Shown here piece after piece: positions 9,347 to 19,014 of a stretch of DNA of 56,606 nt. Source of the stretch: a bacterium (GTDB lineage Bacteria; Tectomicrobia; Entotheonellia; J063; CAVPRW01); the NCBI GenBank assembly GCA_046727435.1, contig JBKPCR010000333.1, positions 1 to 56,606 of the forward strand, written 5' to 3'. Each line of letters starts with the position of its first letter. The stretch's first letter is position 1. The position numbers and the translations under genes are program-made. Below the pieces are notes generated by a model, which saw only the letters and a list, made by a program, of their open reading frames with translations, did not search any database and was not told the DNA's origin.

Positions 9347-10243
9347 ATGTCGCTTGAGCGTTGGGTAAGTGGATTTACCCACTATCTGGCGGTCGAGCGA
9401 CGCTTGTCCCTGCACACTCAACGCGTGTACGAACGCGACGTACGAGCTTGGTTGCAGGCATTGCCGCAGCGCAGCAATGCTGAGGTCGCCGCGCTGCTGA
9501 CGCGGGACAACGTGGTCAAGTTCTTGGCTCAGAGTCGTGCGGCTGGGTTGTCCCCCCGCTCTGTGGCACGGCGCATGGCTGGTCTACGGGCATTTTGCCG
9601 CTATCTCAAGCAAGAAGAGGTGCTGCCCGTTGATCCGCTCCTAGACCTACAGACCCCACGCGTGCCGGAGCGATTGCCGCATTTCCTCAGCCTCGATGAA
9701 GTAGACCACTTGCTCCGTCAACCCCGTTTGGAGACGCCACGAGGCCGGCGGGACGCGGCGATGCTGGAAGCGCTCTATGCCACGGGGCTGCGTGTGTCAG
9801 AATTGGTGTCATTGCCGATGAGCGCCCTGCACCTGGCTGAAGGCTGGATCAAGGTCCGGGGCAAGGGCGGCAAAGAGCGCCTGATCCCTCTTGGAGAACA
9901 GGCGGTGGCGTGCATACAGGCCTATCTGGTAGGCGCTCGCGAGGAGCTCATGCGTGGAGAGCGCACCACGCAGGTGTTCGTCAACGGCCGGGGCGAGGGC
10001 ATGACCCGGCAAGGCTTCTGGAAGCTCCTGCGCAGGTATGCCCGGCAGGCTGGCATTACCAAACGCATGTCACCGCATACGCTACGCCATTCCTTCGCTA
10101 CCCATCTTCTAGAGCAGGGGGCTGATCTCCGCTCAGTCCAGCAGATGCTAGGCCACAGCGATATTTCCACGACGCAAATCTACACCCATGTGCTTGAAGC
10201 TCGGCTGCGTTCAGCATATCAACGCTACCACCCGCGCGCGTAA
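9347..10243 (+). CDS. xerD: Site-specific tyrosine recombinase XerD
   Basis: Catalytic R..HxxR..Y set (ATGLRVSEL, HTLRHSFATHLL, GHSDISTTQIYTH). XerD-type signatures RQGFW and the C-terminal HPRA are present. ATG 9347 is preceded by GGGGGGAGGGGAG. Confidence 0.9.
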   Translation: MSLERWVSGFTHYLAVERRLSLHTQRVYERDVRAWLQALPQRSNAEVAALLTRDNVVKFLAQSRAAGLSPRSVARRMAGLRAFCRYLKQEEVLPVDPLLDLQTPRVPERLPHFLSLDEVDHLLRQPRLETPRGRRDAAMLEALYATGLRVSELVSLPMSALHLAEGWIKVRGKGGKERLIPLGEQAVACIQAYLVGAREELMRGERTTQVFVNGRGEGMTRQGFWKLLRRYARQAGITKRMSPHTLRHSFATHLLEQGADLRSVQQMLGHSDISTTQIYTHVLEARLRSAYQRYHPRA

Positions 10244-10258
10244 GGCTGGAGGTTAGGT

Positions 10259-12976
10259 GTGTCGCTTCTTCGACCCGTCAGTCCGCTCCCTGTTGAGTCC
10301 CGCATAGACCAAGCCGCGGAGATGTTACAGGATTTACAGTTCCCAGAGCAGCGTCTCGAGGCCATGGGTATCCTGCGTCAATATGTGCGGGATGCCACGC
10401 TGCGTGTGCGCGATGCCCATCTGATCGGGGCCAGTGGGGTTGAGACCGCTCGCCAACTGGCGGCGATGATCGATCAGGTCATCATCGAAAGTTATCGCTT
10501 TCTGGCGCGTAGTCCTCTGTTTTCAGTGCATCGGCGCCCCCTCCGGGTGGCGACTGTGGCGGTGGGAGGCTATGGGCGTGGTGACTTGAATCCCTTTTCG
10601 GACCTCGATATCGTCGTACTGCACCCCCCCCAAGAGGACGAACTCAGCACGCAATTCATGATCCAATTCACCCTTCTTCTCATGGACATGCGACTCGATG
10701 TCCGCTACAGCAATCGTTCCGTCGCCAACTGCGTGCAGATGGCACGGCGTGATCTCTCGACGAAGACGTCGTTCATCGAAGCCCGCCCGCTGGTTGGGGA
10801 TGCTCAACTCCTCGATCAGTTCCAGCGTACGGTGCAGCACGAACTGGTCGGGAAAGGGGTCAATCCGTTTATCCAGGCCAAGGCGGAGGAGCTCCAGCGG
10901 CGTCATGCCAAGTATTATGACTCGGTGAGCGTCCTAGAGCCCAATGTCAAGGAGAGCCCAGGGGGGCTGCGCGATTATCACACCGCCTTGTGGGTGGGGG
11001 CCACACGCGTTGGGGCACGGTCGTTCGATGACTTGGCGGCCGCGGGAATCATCGCGGCGGCGGAGCGACAGGCCGTGGCGCAGGCCTATGAGTTTCTGCT
11101 GCGGGTACGCACAGATTTACACTTCGCCCAGCAGCGGAAAACCGATGTATTGGCGATTGAGGTACAGGCAGACACGGCCGCACGCCTCGGCTATGATGGC
11201 AACGGCACCGGCCTGCCGGTTGAGCGCTTCATGCGGGAGTATTATCGTCAAGCCCGTGTGATCTACTATCTGTGTGCCAGCGTGCTCAATCGCTGTCGGC
11301 CACACGAACGAGGGATTGGAAAAGTGCTTGAATATATGTCACGTAAAGAGCTTGAGCATGGGTTAGTTATCGCACGGGGCGAGATCACGGTCAAGGAACG
11401 CGGGAAAGATCCTTTCCAGACACGGCCCACCTTGCTGTTGGAGGTCTTCGGGCTGGCCCAGCAGATGGGTGTTGGCCTCAGCGAGGACCTGAAGGTCCTC
11501 ATCCGGGCTCATCTCGGGGCGATCGACGAGGCCTTTCGGGCCGATCGCCAGCACAGTCGGCCGTTCATGACCATCCTCAAGCATCCCCAGGCCGCCCGTG
11601 CCCTCCGTGCCATGCATGAGGTAGGGGTGCTGAGCGCATACCTACCTGAATTTGAACCGATCACTGGGCTGGTGCACCATGATCTCTACCATAAATACAC
11701 AGTCGACGAGCACACCTTGCGGGCGGTGGATTTCCTCGATGAGTTGCCCGAAACCCCCGAAAAAGAGCTACGCGAGTTCGCCAAGCTGTTCCAGAGCCTG
11801 CCCAATCCCGAGGTGTTGCGGCTCGCCTTGGTCTATCACGATGTGGGCAAAACCAAAGGCGTCGAGCATGTCGAGGAGAGTGCCGAATTGTTCCACGCTG
11901 CCGCCCCTCGCCTGGGGCTCAGCGAAAAAAGCGCCGACCAGGTAGAGTTACTGGTGAAAAACCATCTGTTAATGAATCATCTGGCCCAGCGCCGTGACAT
12001 CACCGACCCCAAGATCGTGGCGGATTTCGCGGAGACCGTCCGCAACGTAGAGAACCTCAAGCTCCTGTGTATCCTTACCTATGCCGACACGCGGGCGGTG
12101 GGTCCGGATATTTGGACGGTGTGGAAGGGGGCGCTGCTGTGGGAACTCTATATGCGCACCTATAAGCACTTCACCCAGGAGGATGAGGTCGTGGTCACGG
12201 GCGAGGCCCTCATCGAACAGGTGAAGGGCGAAGTGATGTCAGGATTATCCGGGCGCATCCCGGAGACCACCGTCGCTGCGTTCTTCAAGGCCATGCCATA
12301 TAAATATATTGTGTCGACACCAGCCGAGACCATCGTGCAACATATCCAATTGGTGGAAAGTTTGCAGGGCGGTGCGCTAGCCACGAAGCATACCCATCAT
12401 CTGGACCTCGGGTTTTCCGAATTGATGGTCTGTACGCCCAGCAAGGCTGGGAATTTTGCTAAGATCGCCGGGACGCTGGCGGCCAATCAGCTCAACATTT
12501 TGGGCGCGCAAATTTACACCCACAATGATGGGCTGGCCCTCGATACGTTGCAGATCGAAAGCCTCGAAAAGAAGCCCATCTTGGACGAACGCCTGTGGCA
12601 GCGCCTGAATGAAGAACTCCTGGCGGTCTTAGCCGAAGGGCGAGAGGTCACCTATCGCCCGGGACGGACGATTTTCGCCAGGAAGGAGCGGGCGGTGCCG
12701 GTCACCACCGTAATCGAGGTCAACAATCGCATCTCCGACATGTATACGGTCATCGATGTGACAACCCAGGACCGCTTGGGCTTGCTGTATCTGATTACGA
12801 CGACGCTGTTTGAGATCGGGATTAATATTCACCTGGCCAAGGTCTCCACCGAGGCGACGCGGGCTATCGACGTATTCTACGTGACTGATCTGATGGGTGA
12901 AAAGATCGTCGACGAACGCGCCATCGAGGATATCCGCAGCCAACTCCAGACCGCACTTGACGCTGATGAGCGGTGA
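10259..12976 (+). CDS. glnD: [Protein-PII] uridylyltransferase / uridylyl-removing enzyme
   Basis: Nucleotidyltransferase motif GGYGRGDLNPFSDLD, an HD domain (HDLYHKYTVDEH; VYHDVGK) and two C-terminal ACT-like domains, in 905 aa. GTG 10259 has GGAGG 6 nt upstream. Confidence 0.93.
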   Translation: MSLLRPVSPLPVESRIDQAAEMLQDLQFPEQRLEAMGILRQYVRDATLRVRDAHLIGASGVETARQLAAMIDQVIIESYRFLARSPLFSVHRRPLRVATVAVGGYGRGDLNPFSDLDIVVLHPPQEDELSTQFMIQFTLLLMDMRLDVRYSNRSVANCVQMARRDLSTKTSFIEARPLVGDAQLLDQFQRTVQHELVGKGVNPFIQAKAEELQRRHAKYYDSVSVLEPNVKESPGGLRDYHTALWVGATRVGARSFDDLAAAGIIAAAERQAVAQAYEFLLRVRTDLHFAQQRKTDVLAIEVQADTAARLGYDGNGTGLPVERFMREYYRQARVIYYLCASVLNRCRPHERGIGKVLEYMSRKELEHGLVIARGEITVKERGKDPFQTRPTLLLEVFGLAQQMGVGLSEDLKVLIRAHLGAIDEAFRADRQHSRPFMTILKHPQAARALRAMHEVGVLSAYLPEFEPITGLVHHDLYHKYTVDEHTLRAVDFLDELPETPEKELREFAKLFQSLPNPEVLRLALVYHDVGKTKGVEHVEESAELFHAAAPRLGLSEKSADQVELLVKNHLLMNHLAQRRDITDPKIVADFAETVRNVENLKLLCILTYADTRAVGPDIWTVWKGALLWELYMRTYKHFTQEDEVVVTGEALIEQVKGEVMSGLSGRIPETTVAAFFKAMPYKYIVSTPAETIVQHIQLVESLQGGALATKHTHHLDLGFSELMVCTPSKAGNFAKIAGTLAANQLNILGAQIYTHNDGLALDTLQIESLEKKPILDERLWQRLNEELLAVLAEGREVTYRPGRTIFARKERAVPVTTVIEVNNRISDMYTVIDVTTQDRLGLLYLITTTLFEIGINIHLAKVSTEATRAIDVFYVTDLMGEKIVDERAIEDIRSQLQTALDADER

Positions 12977-13072
12977 GCGGTGGGTCGGACGCGAGTCCCC
13001 GAGGGAACCGGGGCTGACGCGCAACGAGGCGGTGTTGCGGGCGATGTGATCGCTGACCGTAGATCTCGAGCA

Positions 13073-13102
13073 TTGCATGCCAGATTTATTCTGTGGTATG
13101 TT
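13073..13102 (+). promoter_or_regulatory. Candidate extended -10 sigma70 promoter of the ybeZ-pgpH-ybeY operon
   Basis: TTGCAT (13073-13078), 18-nt spacer ending in TGg, TATGTT (13097-13102). Confidence 0.4.
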
Positions 13103-13254
13103 TGGGCGTCGACTTATGAGAGATTTGCACCCGGATTGCATGCCAATGGAGAAGGCGGACCGTCACTTGCGTCAGTTGACCTGTCGAGGAGTCGCGGATC
13201 ACCACGGGGATATTTACGCCTGGAGCCGGACTTCATGGAGGTGTGTAAAGTAGC

Positions 13255-14274
13255 TTGGCTGAGATACTGAGCAAAGAGATCCAGCTGGAAGATACCACGC
13301 AACTCCCACAAATCTTCGGCATTAACGACGCGCATCTGAGACTCATCGGCAAAGGGCTGCACGTCCGCCTCCAGGCTCGCGAGCGTGGGCTCAGCATTCA
13401 GGGCGCCCCCGATGCCGTGGGCAAGGCCGAGCAACTGTTGCAGGAGTTATGTGAGCTCATGGCCACCGGCTATGTCATTGACTCCCATGACTTGCGTTTG
13501 ATGCTCCGCCTCTATGAAAGCTCGCCGCATCCCGACATTCGTCATATCTTTTCCGATCGCATCCCCGTCCCGTCCCGTCGGCGTTATGTGTCACCCAAGA
13601 CCGAAGGGCAGAAATTCTATGTGGATGCGATCCGCCACCATGATATCGTCTTTGCGATTGGCCCGGCAGGCACTGGCAAAACGTACCTGGCGATGGCCAT
13701 GGCGGTCTCGAGTCTGTTTCATAAGGAGATCGAGCGCATCATTCTGGTGCGTCCTGCTGTCGAAGCGGGTGAGAAGCTCGGGTTTCTACCGGGCGACCTG
13801 CAAGAGAAGGTCAACCCCTATTTGCGGCCGCTGTATGACGCGCTGTATGATACGATGGAGTTTGAACGGGCGCAAAAGTTGATGGAGCGGGGCACCATCG
13901 AAATCGCCCCACTGGCCTATATGCGCGGTCGAACCCTGAACGATTCGTTCATCATTCTGGATGAGGCGCAGAACACGACCTCGGAGCAGATGAAGATGTT
14001 CCTCACGCGTCTGGGATATAATTCCAAAGCGGTGATTACGGGTGATGTCACCCAGGTGGATCTCGCCCCGGGCAAGGTCTCGGGATTGGTCGAGGTGCAA
14101 GACGTCCTGCGCGGTATCGAGGGTATTCGCTTCGTATACTTTACCGAGCGGGATGTCGTCCGCCACGAACTGGTCCAGCAGATCATTCGCGCCTATGAGA
14201 CCTTTCAGCCAAGAGCTGAACGTCGTGGTGAGGGCCACGGAGGGGGAATGCCGTCCGATGGAACGGGAACGTAA
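13255..14274 (+). CDS. ybeZ: PhoH-like ATPase (YbeZ)
   Basis: Walker A AIGPAGTGKTYLAMA, Walker B IILDEAQN, and a position upstream of ybeY. TTG 13255 is the only start-like codon after the in-frame TAA at 13246. Confidence 0.9.
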   Translation: MAEILSKEIQLEDTTQLPQIFGINDAHLRLIGKGLHVRLQARERGLSIQGAPDAVGKAEQLLQELCELMATGYVIDSHDLRLMLRLYESSPHPDIRHIFSDRIPVPSRRRYVSPKTEGQKFYVDAIRHHDIVFAIGPAGTGKTYLAMAMAVSSLFHKEIERIILVRPAVEAGEKLGFLPGDLQEKVNPYLRPLYDALYDTMEFERAQKLMERGTIEIAPLAYMRGRTLNDSFIILDEAQNTTSEQMKMFLTRLGYNSKAVITGDVTQVDLAPGKVSGLVEVQDVLRGIEGIRFVYFTERDVVRHELVQQIIRAYETFQPRAERRGEGHGGGMPSDGTGT

Positions 14275-16783
14275 GGGACGAGCACGGCCAGAACGGGGTG
14301 TGCGGCCGCTGTTGACGAAGCTTGGTGTGGTTACCGTGTCGAAGTCGGGTGGGATGAAGATCGCCTGGCGCGAGATTGGGATCACCGCCTTGCTGGTGGC
14401 GACATTGACCATCTTGTTGTTGCCGCGTATGCAGTTGCAGACGCGGACCTTAGCGATTGGTGACATTGCCCCCGCCGACATTAAAGCCCATACCGATTTC
14501 CTGCTCGAAGATGAGGTATCGGCCCAGAAGAAGCGCAAAGAGGCTGAAGATCGTGTGTTGCCACTCTACGATTTCGACCAACAAGCCATCGAGGTCATTG
14601 ACCAGCGTTTGAAATGGGCGATGCAGACCATCGATGCTGCCTATCAGGTTCGTCCCCCAGAGCTCTCAGGAACCCTTCACGATGTGCGCTCGGTTCCTTC
14701 CTCACCCGAAGAGGTGGCGCGCGTCCAGGGCTTGTCTGGCGTCGAGACGGCGATGAGTCGGGAGTTGATCACGACGAGTCTCTTCTTCGCTGATCGCGAG
14801 CAAGAGTTCCGCCGGATTCTTGGCGTTGAGTTGGGCGCGGAAACGCTCGCGGCGCTCCGTCAACTGCAGTATACGCCTCGACTGCGCCAGGGCATTATCG
14901 ATGCGTTGGCCGCGGTGATGCAGCGGGGCGTTGTCAGCGATCACGATCTTTTTGTGGGGCATCGGGAGCGGGGGATTGTGTTCCGTGATGTCCGCACAGA
15001 GCAGGAACTCGTCATCCCGGATACCAGCATGGTCTTGGAGATGGGCGAAGCCGCAGCGGCCTTGACCGCCACCGTGTTAGCCGCGAATTCCCCCTATCCC
15101 CTTGAGCTACAACCGGTCATCGCCAACATCGCCCGGAGGCTGCTGCAGCCGAACCTGACGTTCAACAAGAAAGAGACTGAGGAGCGCAAAAAAAAGGCGG
15201 TAGAGGCGATCAAACCGGTGTTCTTCCAGGTCAAGCGTGGCGAAATGATTATCCGTGAAGGGGAGCGGGTCCGGGAAGAGCATATTCCCAGACTCCGCGC
15301 CCTGGCCTCGGGGAAACGGAGCGGCGACCCGGTTTCAGCGGTGGCAGGCACGACGATCTTCGTCGCTGTCGTGGTCATGTTTGGGTTGCTCTACTTGCGT
15401 CAAATGCGGTCGCGCGTGTCGTGGGATTCGCGATCGCTGCTGCTGTTGGCGGTCTTGCTGGTGGGCAATATCCTGGGTGTGCGGGCGTTCATGGTGGTCG
15501 CCCAAGCCCTGGTGGAAAGTTTCCCGGTCATGGAGAGCGGGGTCCTCTTGTATGCACTGCCCGTGACGGTGGGCGGCATTCTCGTGGCGATCTTCTTTGA
15601 CTTCTCGGTGGGGGTGTTGTTCGCCCTGATGACCAGTTTGCTGATCGGCATTCTGGTGCGCGACAACCTGGCGATGGCGGTGCTGGCGCTGGTGGGCAAT
15701 CTGGTCGCCACCTTCCGCGTGCAGCAGTATCGACAGCGCTCATGCATTCTGGTGACCGGGTTGTTCATCGGTCTGGCGAATATTCTGACGCTCATGGCCT
15801 TCGGCTTGATGAGCGCCAACCTCTTCGTCTGGCCGCGGGCCCATGAGGCGTTGTGTGGTCTGCTGGGAGGGCTGTTGGCGGCGGTGGTCGTCTCGGCGGT
15901 GCTGCCGCTATTAGAGTCGATCTTCAAATGCACCACAGACATTAAGCTCCTGGAGTTAGCCAGCCTGAATCATCCGCTGTTACGGCAACTGATCATGCAG
16001 GCGCCGGGCACCTATCATCACAGCATGCTGGTGGGGACCTTGGCCGAGGCCGCGGCTGAGGCCATTGGCGCCAACGCCCTGCTAGCACGCGTCGGCAGCT
16101 ATTACCACGACATCGGCAAGATGCTGACGCCCGAGTACTTCGTGGAGAACCAGGCGGGTCGTGGCAATAAACACGATCGACTGTCCCCGAGTATGAGTGC
16201 CCTAATCATTACGGCCCATGTCAAGGACGGTATCAAACTCGCTAAGGAATACAAGCTGCCGCAGCGCATCATCGACATGATACCCCAGCACCATGGCACC
16301 AACCTCATTTCCTATTTTTACAATAAGGCGAAAGAGCACGAAGATCCTGCCGTGCAGCAGGTCCACGAAGAGGATTATCGTTATCCCGGTCCCAAGCCGC
16401 AAACGCGTGAGGCGGCGATCGTGATGCTAGCGGACAAAGTCGAAGCGGCATCACGCGTGCTGGCCGAACCGACGTCACATCGCATCACCGGGCTGGTGCA
16501 ACGCATTACGAGCAGTATCTTCATGGATGGCCAACTCGATGAATGCGACCTGACGCTGCGCGATTTACAAAAGATCAGCGATGCTTTCGGGCGCACCCTG
16601 ATCGCCATCTATCACCACCGTGTCGAATACCCATCGGTCGAATCGGAAGAAGTCAAGCGTCGTACGCGAAGCACGAATGGCCATCAGTTGTCGGAACCAA
16701 CAAAAGATCATCCCGACCGACACCCGGATGCTCCGAAAGACGCTGCTGAGGCTGCTCGCGGCCCTCGAATGTCAGAGCTGTGA
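14258..16783 (+). CDS. pgpH: 7TM-receptor HD-GYP-like phosphohydrolase (PgpH/YqfF family, cyclic-di-AMP phosphodiesterase type)
   Basis: Large N-terminal extracytoplasmic region, a 7-TM block, and a C-terminal HD domain (HHSMLVG...SYYHDIGK...PQHHGT). The track ORF starts at 14042 inside ybeZ. ATG 14258 (AGGGGGA upstream) overlaps ybeZ by 17 nt and is preferred. Confidence 0.85.
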   Translation: MERERKGRARPERGVRPLLTKLGVVTVSKSGGMKIAWREIGITALLVATLTILLLPRMQLQTRTLAIGDIAPADIKAHTDFLLEDEVSAQKKRKEAEDRVLPLYDFDQQAIEVIDQRLKWAMQTIDAAYQVRPPELSGTLHDVRSVPSSPEEVARVQGLSGVETAMSRELITTSLFFADREQEFRRILGVELGAETLAALRQLQYTPRLRQGIIDALAAVMQRGVVSDHDLFVGHRERGIVFRDVRTEQELVIPDTSMVLEMGEAAAALTATVLAANSPYPLELQPVIANIARRLLQPNLTFNKKETEERKKKAVEAIKPVFFQVKRGEMIIREGERVREEHIPRLRALASGKRSGDPVSAVAGTTIFVAVVVMFGLLYLRQMRSRVSWDSRSLLLLAVLLVGNILGVRAFMVVAQALVESFPVMESGVLLYALPVTVGGILVAIFFDFSVGVLFALMTSLLIGILVRDNLAMAVLALVGNLVATFRVQQYRQRSCILVTGLFIGLANILTLMAFGLMSANLFVWPRAHEALCGLLGGLLAAVVVSAVLPLLESIFKCTTDIKLLELASLNHPLLRQLIMQAPGTYHHSMLVGTLAEAAAEAIGANALLARVGSYYHDIGKMLTPEYFVENQAGRGNKHDRLSPSMSALIITAHVKDGIKLAKEYKLPQRIIDMIPQHHGTNLISYFYNKAKEHEDPAVQQVHEEDYRYPGPKPQTREAAIVMLADKVEAASRVLAEPTSHRITGLVQRITSSIFMDGQLDECDLTLRDLQKISDAFGRTLIAIYHHRVEYPSVESEEVKRRTRSTNGHQLSEPTKDHPDRHPDAPKDAAEAARGPRMSEL

Positions 16784-17168
16784 TCTGGGTGTACTCATCA
16801 TCGATGATGCCAGGATGCGCCGGCTGAACGCCCGCTATCGAGGTATCGATCGTCCCACCGATGTACTGGCTTTTGCCATGCGTGACGGGCCCTTTGCTGA
16901 CCTTCACCCGCAGGTGCTGGGGGATGTAGTGCTCTCCGCGGAGACTGCTCTTCGCCAGGCGCGTGCCCGTCGCCACTCACTCACCGCAGAGTTGACGCGC
17001 CTGCTCATCCATGGTACGCTGCACCTACTCGGTTTCGACCATGAAGTCTCCCCCGCTGATGCTAGGCTGATGCGCGCCAAAGAACGTGAACTGTGGAGGC
17101 TGGTCAAGCCTTTGGTGAACGTTCCTCTCAAACGCCAGCCTTCAGGCTCCGATCGTAGATGCCCTTGA
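16677..17168 (+). CDS. ybeY: Endoribonuclease YbeY (16S rRNA 3'-end maturation)
   Basis: Zinc motif HGTLHLLGFDH and PTDVLAF. ATG 16677 restores the usual N-terminal strand (ISCRNQQKI). It overlaps the low-complexity tail of pgpH by 107 nt. Confidence 0.88.
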   Translation: MAISCRNQQKIIPTDTRMLRKTLLRLLAALECQSCDLGVLIIDDARMRRLNARYRGIDRPTDVLAFAMRDGPFADLHPQVLGDVVLSAETALRQARARRHSLTAELTRLLIHGTLHLLGFDHEVSPADARLMRAKERELWRLVKPLVNVPLKRQPSGSDRRCP

Positions 17169-17338
17169 ACCGTGCGGAGCTCCGACCATCATTGACGCCC
17201 TCGCACTGATGTCGGCTCAGTCAGTGAGGGTGGACGCAGATGCCCAGAGCTGTATGGCTTGCTGGCCCTGCCGTGTTTGCTGCGAACGGCCGTGCCTGAG
17301 CGTGCCGTTTTTCCCGCCGACGAGAGGCTGGAGGACCT

Positions 17339-17701
17339 ATGGCGCTCATCGTCTTCGTGCTCGGGGCAATCGTCGGCATGGCGGTGTTGATCTTTGCGTT
17401 TGAGAACCAGGAACCGGTGGCGCTGCGTTATCTGTATTCCTGGCAAACGCCGCCGACCCCTCTGTTTGCGATCATCCTGGTCTCCGTGGGAGCTGGGTTC
17501 GTGATCGCCAGTTTGTTTGGTCTGGCGGCATACCTGCGTGAGCGTAAGATTATCCGCCAGCAGCGCCGCACGATCGCCGACTTACAAGCGGAGTTGCGCA
17601 CCCTACGCACCCTTCCCCTTGACGTTCCCTCAGAAACCGGGGGTGGCCTGCACAGTTCCGACAAACCTGCGCCAGCCACTGGTGAGCTGCCACGGCGATG
17701 A
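17339..17701 (+). CDS. lapA: LapA (YciS)-domain inner-membrane protein
   Basis: Two TM helices around FENQEPVALRYLYSW, followed by a coiled-coil tail. ATGA overlap with lapB. SD GGAGGA. Confidence 0.75.
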   Translation: MALIVFVLGAIVGMAVLIFAFENQEPVALRYLYSWQTPPTPLFAIILVSVGAGFVIASLFGLAAYLRERKIIRQQRRTIADLQAELRTLRTLPLDVPSETGGGLHSSDKPAPATGELPRR

Positions 17702-18999
17702 ATGCCTGGGGCAGCCTGTCGCAGGAACTCGCCTCGCCGTTGGTTCTCATCCTGGCCGGGGTTTTGGTGGGCTTGGCAATCCTCCTGGTGGCGCGGCGCC
17801 ATCGCGTTCCTGAGGCGTTGACCTCGCAGCCGTTCGAGCGTGGCTTTGATCTGCTGCTCGAGGCGCGCTGGCAGGACGCAGCTGAGGTATTGAAAGCAGC
17901 GGTCAAAACCGATCCGAACCGAACCTTGGAATATTTTGAGCTCGGCAAACTGTTTCGGCGACAGGGGCAACCAGGGCGGGCAGCGCGGTTGTTCGAGCAG
18001 CTCAGAGCCCGTCCCGGCCTCGACCGCAGCATGAGCATCATGGTCCAGTACGAATTAGCCCTGTCCTACCGCGCTCTGGGGTGGTATGAACCAGCTGTCG
18101 AGCTGCTTGAACACGTGCTCGTGGCCGATCCAGCCCGCGCCGAAGCCCGGCAAGAACTCCGCCGCATGCATGAGGACAGGGGACGCTGGCAGCAGGCAGC
18201 GGCGCTCGAGATCCTACGCTTGAAGTGGGGTGAAACCCAGGACCATCGGACGCTGGCGGCGTTGCTGACGCAGCAGGGAAAAGTCGCCTGGGCAGCTGAT
18301 CAGCTGCATGAGAGCGCCGCGCATTTGCGTTCCGCGCTGGCGCTTGACCGTGACTGCACTGAAGCGGCGATCTACCTCGGCCGCGTTCTGCTGCGGCAAG
18401 GGAAATTGTCCCAAGCCTTCCGCATCTGGGATGAGCTGGCGAAGGCCAGGCCGGAAATGCTGTTTCTGGCCTTCCGGGATATGCAGCTGGCCTTTCGGCA
18501 GCTGAACAACGATGCGGGATGGGAGAGCTTCCTGCGCACCTTTACGGAGCGTCATCCCGGTGATCCCATAGGCCATCTCGCCCTGGCCGAGTGGTATGCT
18601 TCGCGTGGCCAAACCCAGGAGGCCATCCACTGCCTGCGTCAGGTCATGGATCTCGACCCCGTCTGTCGGGAGGCACATTTGGGCCTGCTGTCTCTCTGTC
18701 GTGAGCAAGGCGTCACCAGTGAGGTGCTTGATGGCTATGAGCAACTTGCCCAACATACCACCTGGCCCTCTGGTGGCCGCTTCCGTTGCCGAAGCTGCGG
18801 TCACGTGGCCTATGAGCCTTGCTGGCGCTGTCCGGCATGTCACGTGTGGGCCACTCCTGAGCGTCTCATCCCACAGCCGGGCGTGATGCCGGTGACGGCA
18901 GGGGAAATCATCTCGCCACTCAGTCATGCGACCATCGCCGCCCCTGCCCCGGTTAGGGTGACGCGTGATGCGCCCGTTCAGCCCCCATCCGAGCGATGA
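17698..18999 (+). CDS. lapB: LPS assembly protein LapB (YciM): TM + TPR + rubredoxin-like zinc finger
   Basis: N-terminal TM helix, multiple TPR repeats, and a C-terminal CRSCGHVAYEPCWRCPAC metal site. Confidence 0.85.
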   Translation: MNAWGSLSQELASPLVLILAGVLVGLAILLVARRHRVPEALTSQPFERGFDLLLEARWQDAAEVLKAAVKTDPNRTLEYFELGKLFRRQGQPGRAARLFEQLRARPGLDRSMSIMVQYELALSYRALGWYEPAVELLEHVLVADPARAEARQELRRMHEDRGRWQQAAALEILRLKWGETQDHRTLAALLTQQGKVAWAADQLHESAAHLRSALALDRDCTEAAIYLGRVLLRQGKLSQAFRIWDELAKARPEMLFLAFRDMQLAFRQLNNDAGWESFLRTFTERHPGDPIGHLALAEWYASRGQTQEAIHCLRQVMDLDPVCREAHLGLLSLCREQGVTSEVLDGYEQLAQHTTWPSGGRFRCRSCGHVAYEPCWRCPACHVWATPERLIPQPGVMPVTAGEIISPLSHATIAAPAPVRVTRDAPVQPPSER

Positions 19000-19014
19000 A
19001 TTGGAGCCTCCTAG

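Noticed and set aside
14042-14257. Upstream extensions offered by the ORF track: pgpH from 14042, aminotransferase from 46327, truB from 36746, FmdB to 42595, HU from 50823, REC-GGDEF from 48264.
   Set aside because: The extensions overlap neighbouring, well-supported genes or predicted promoters, add Arg/Ser/Pro-rich junk, and lack an SD. Internal starts with SD sequences reproduce the normal family N-termini.
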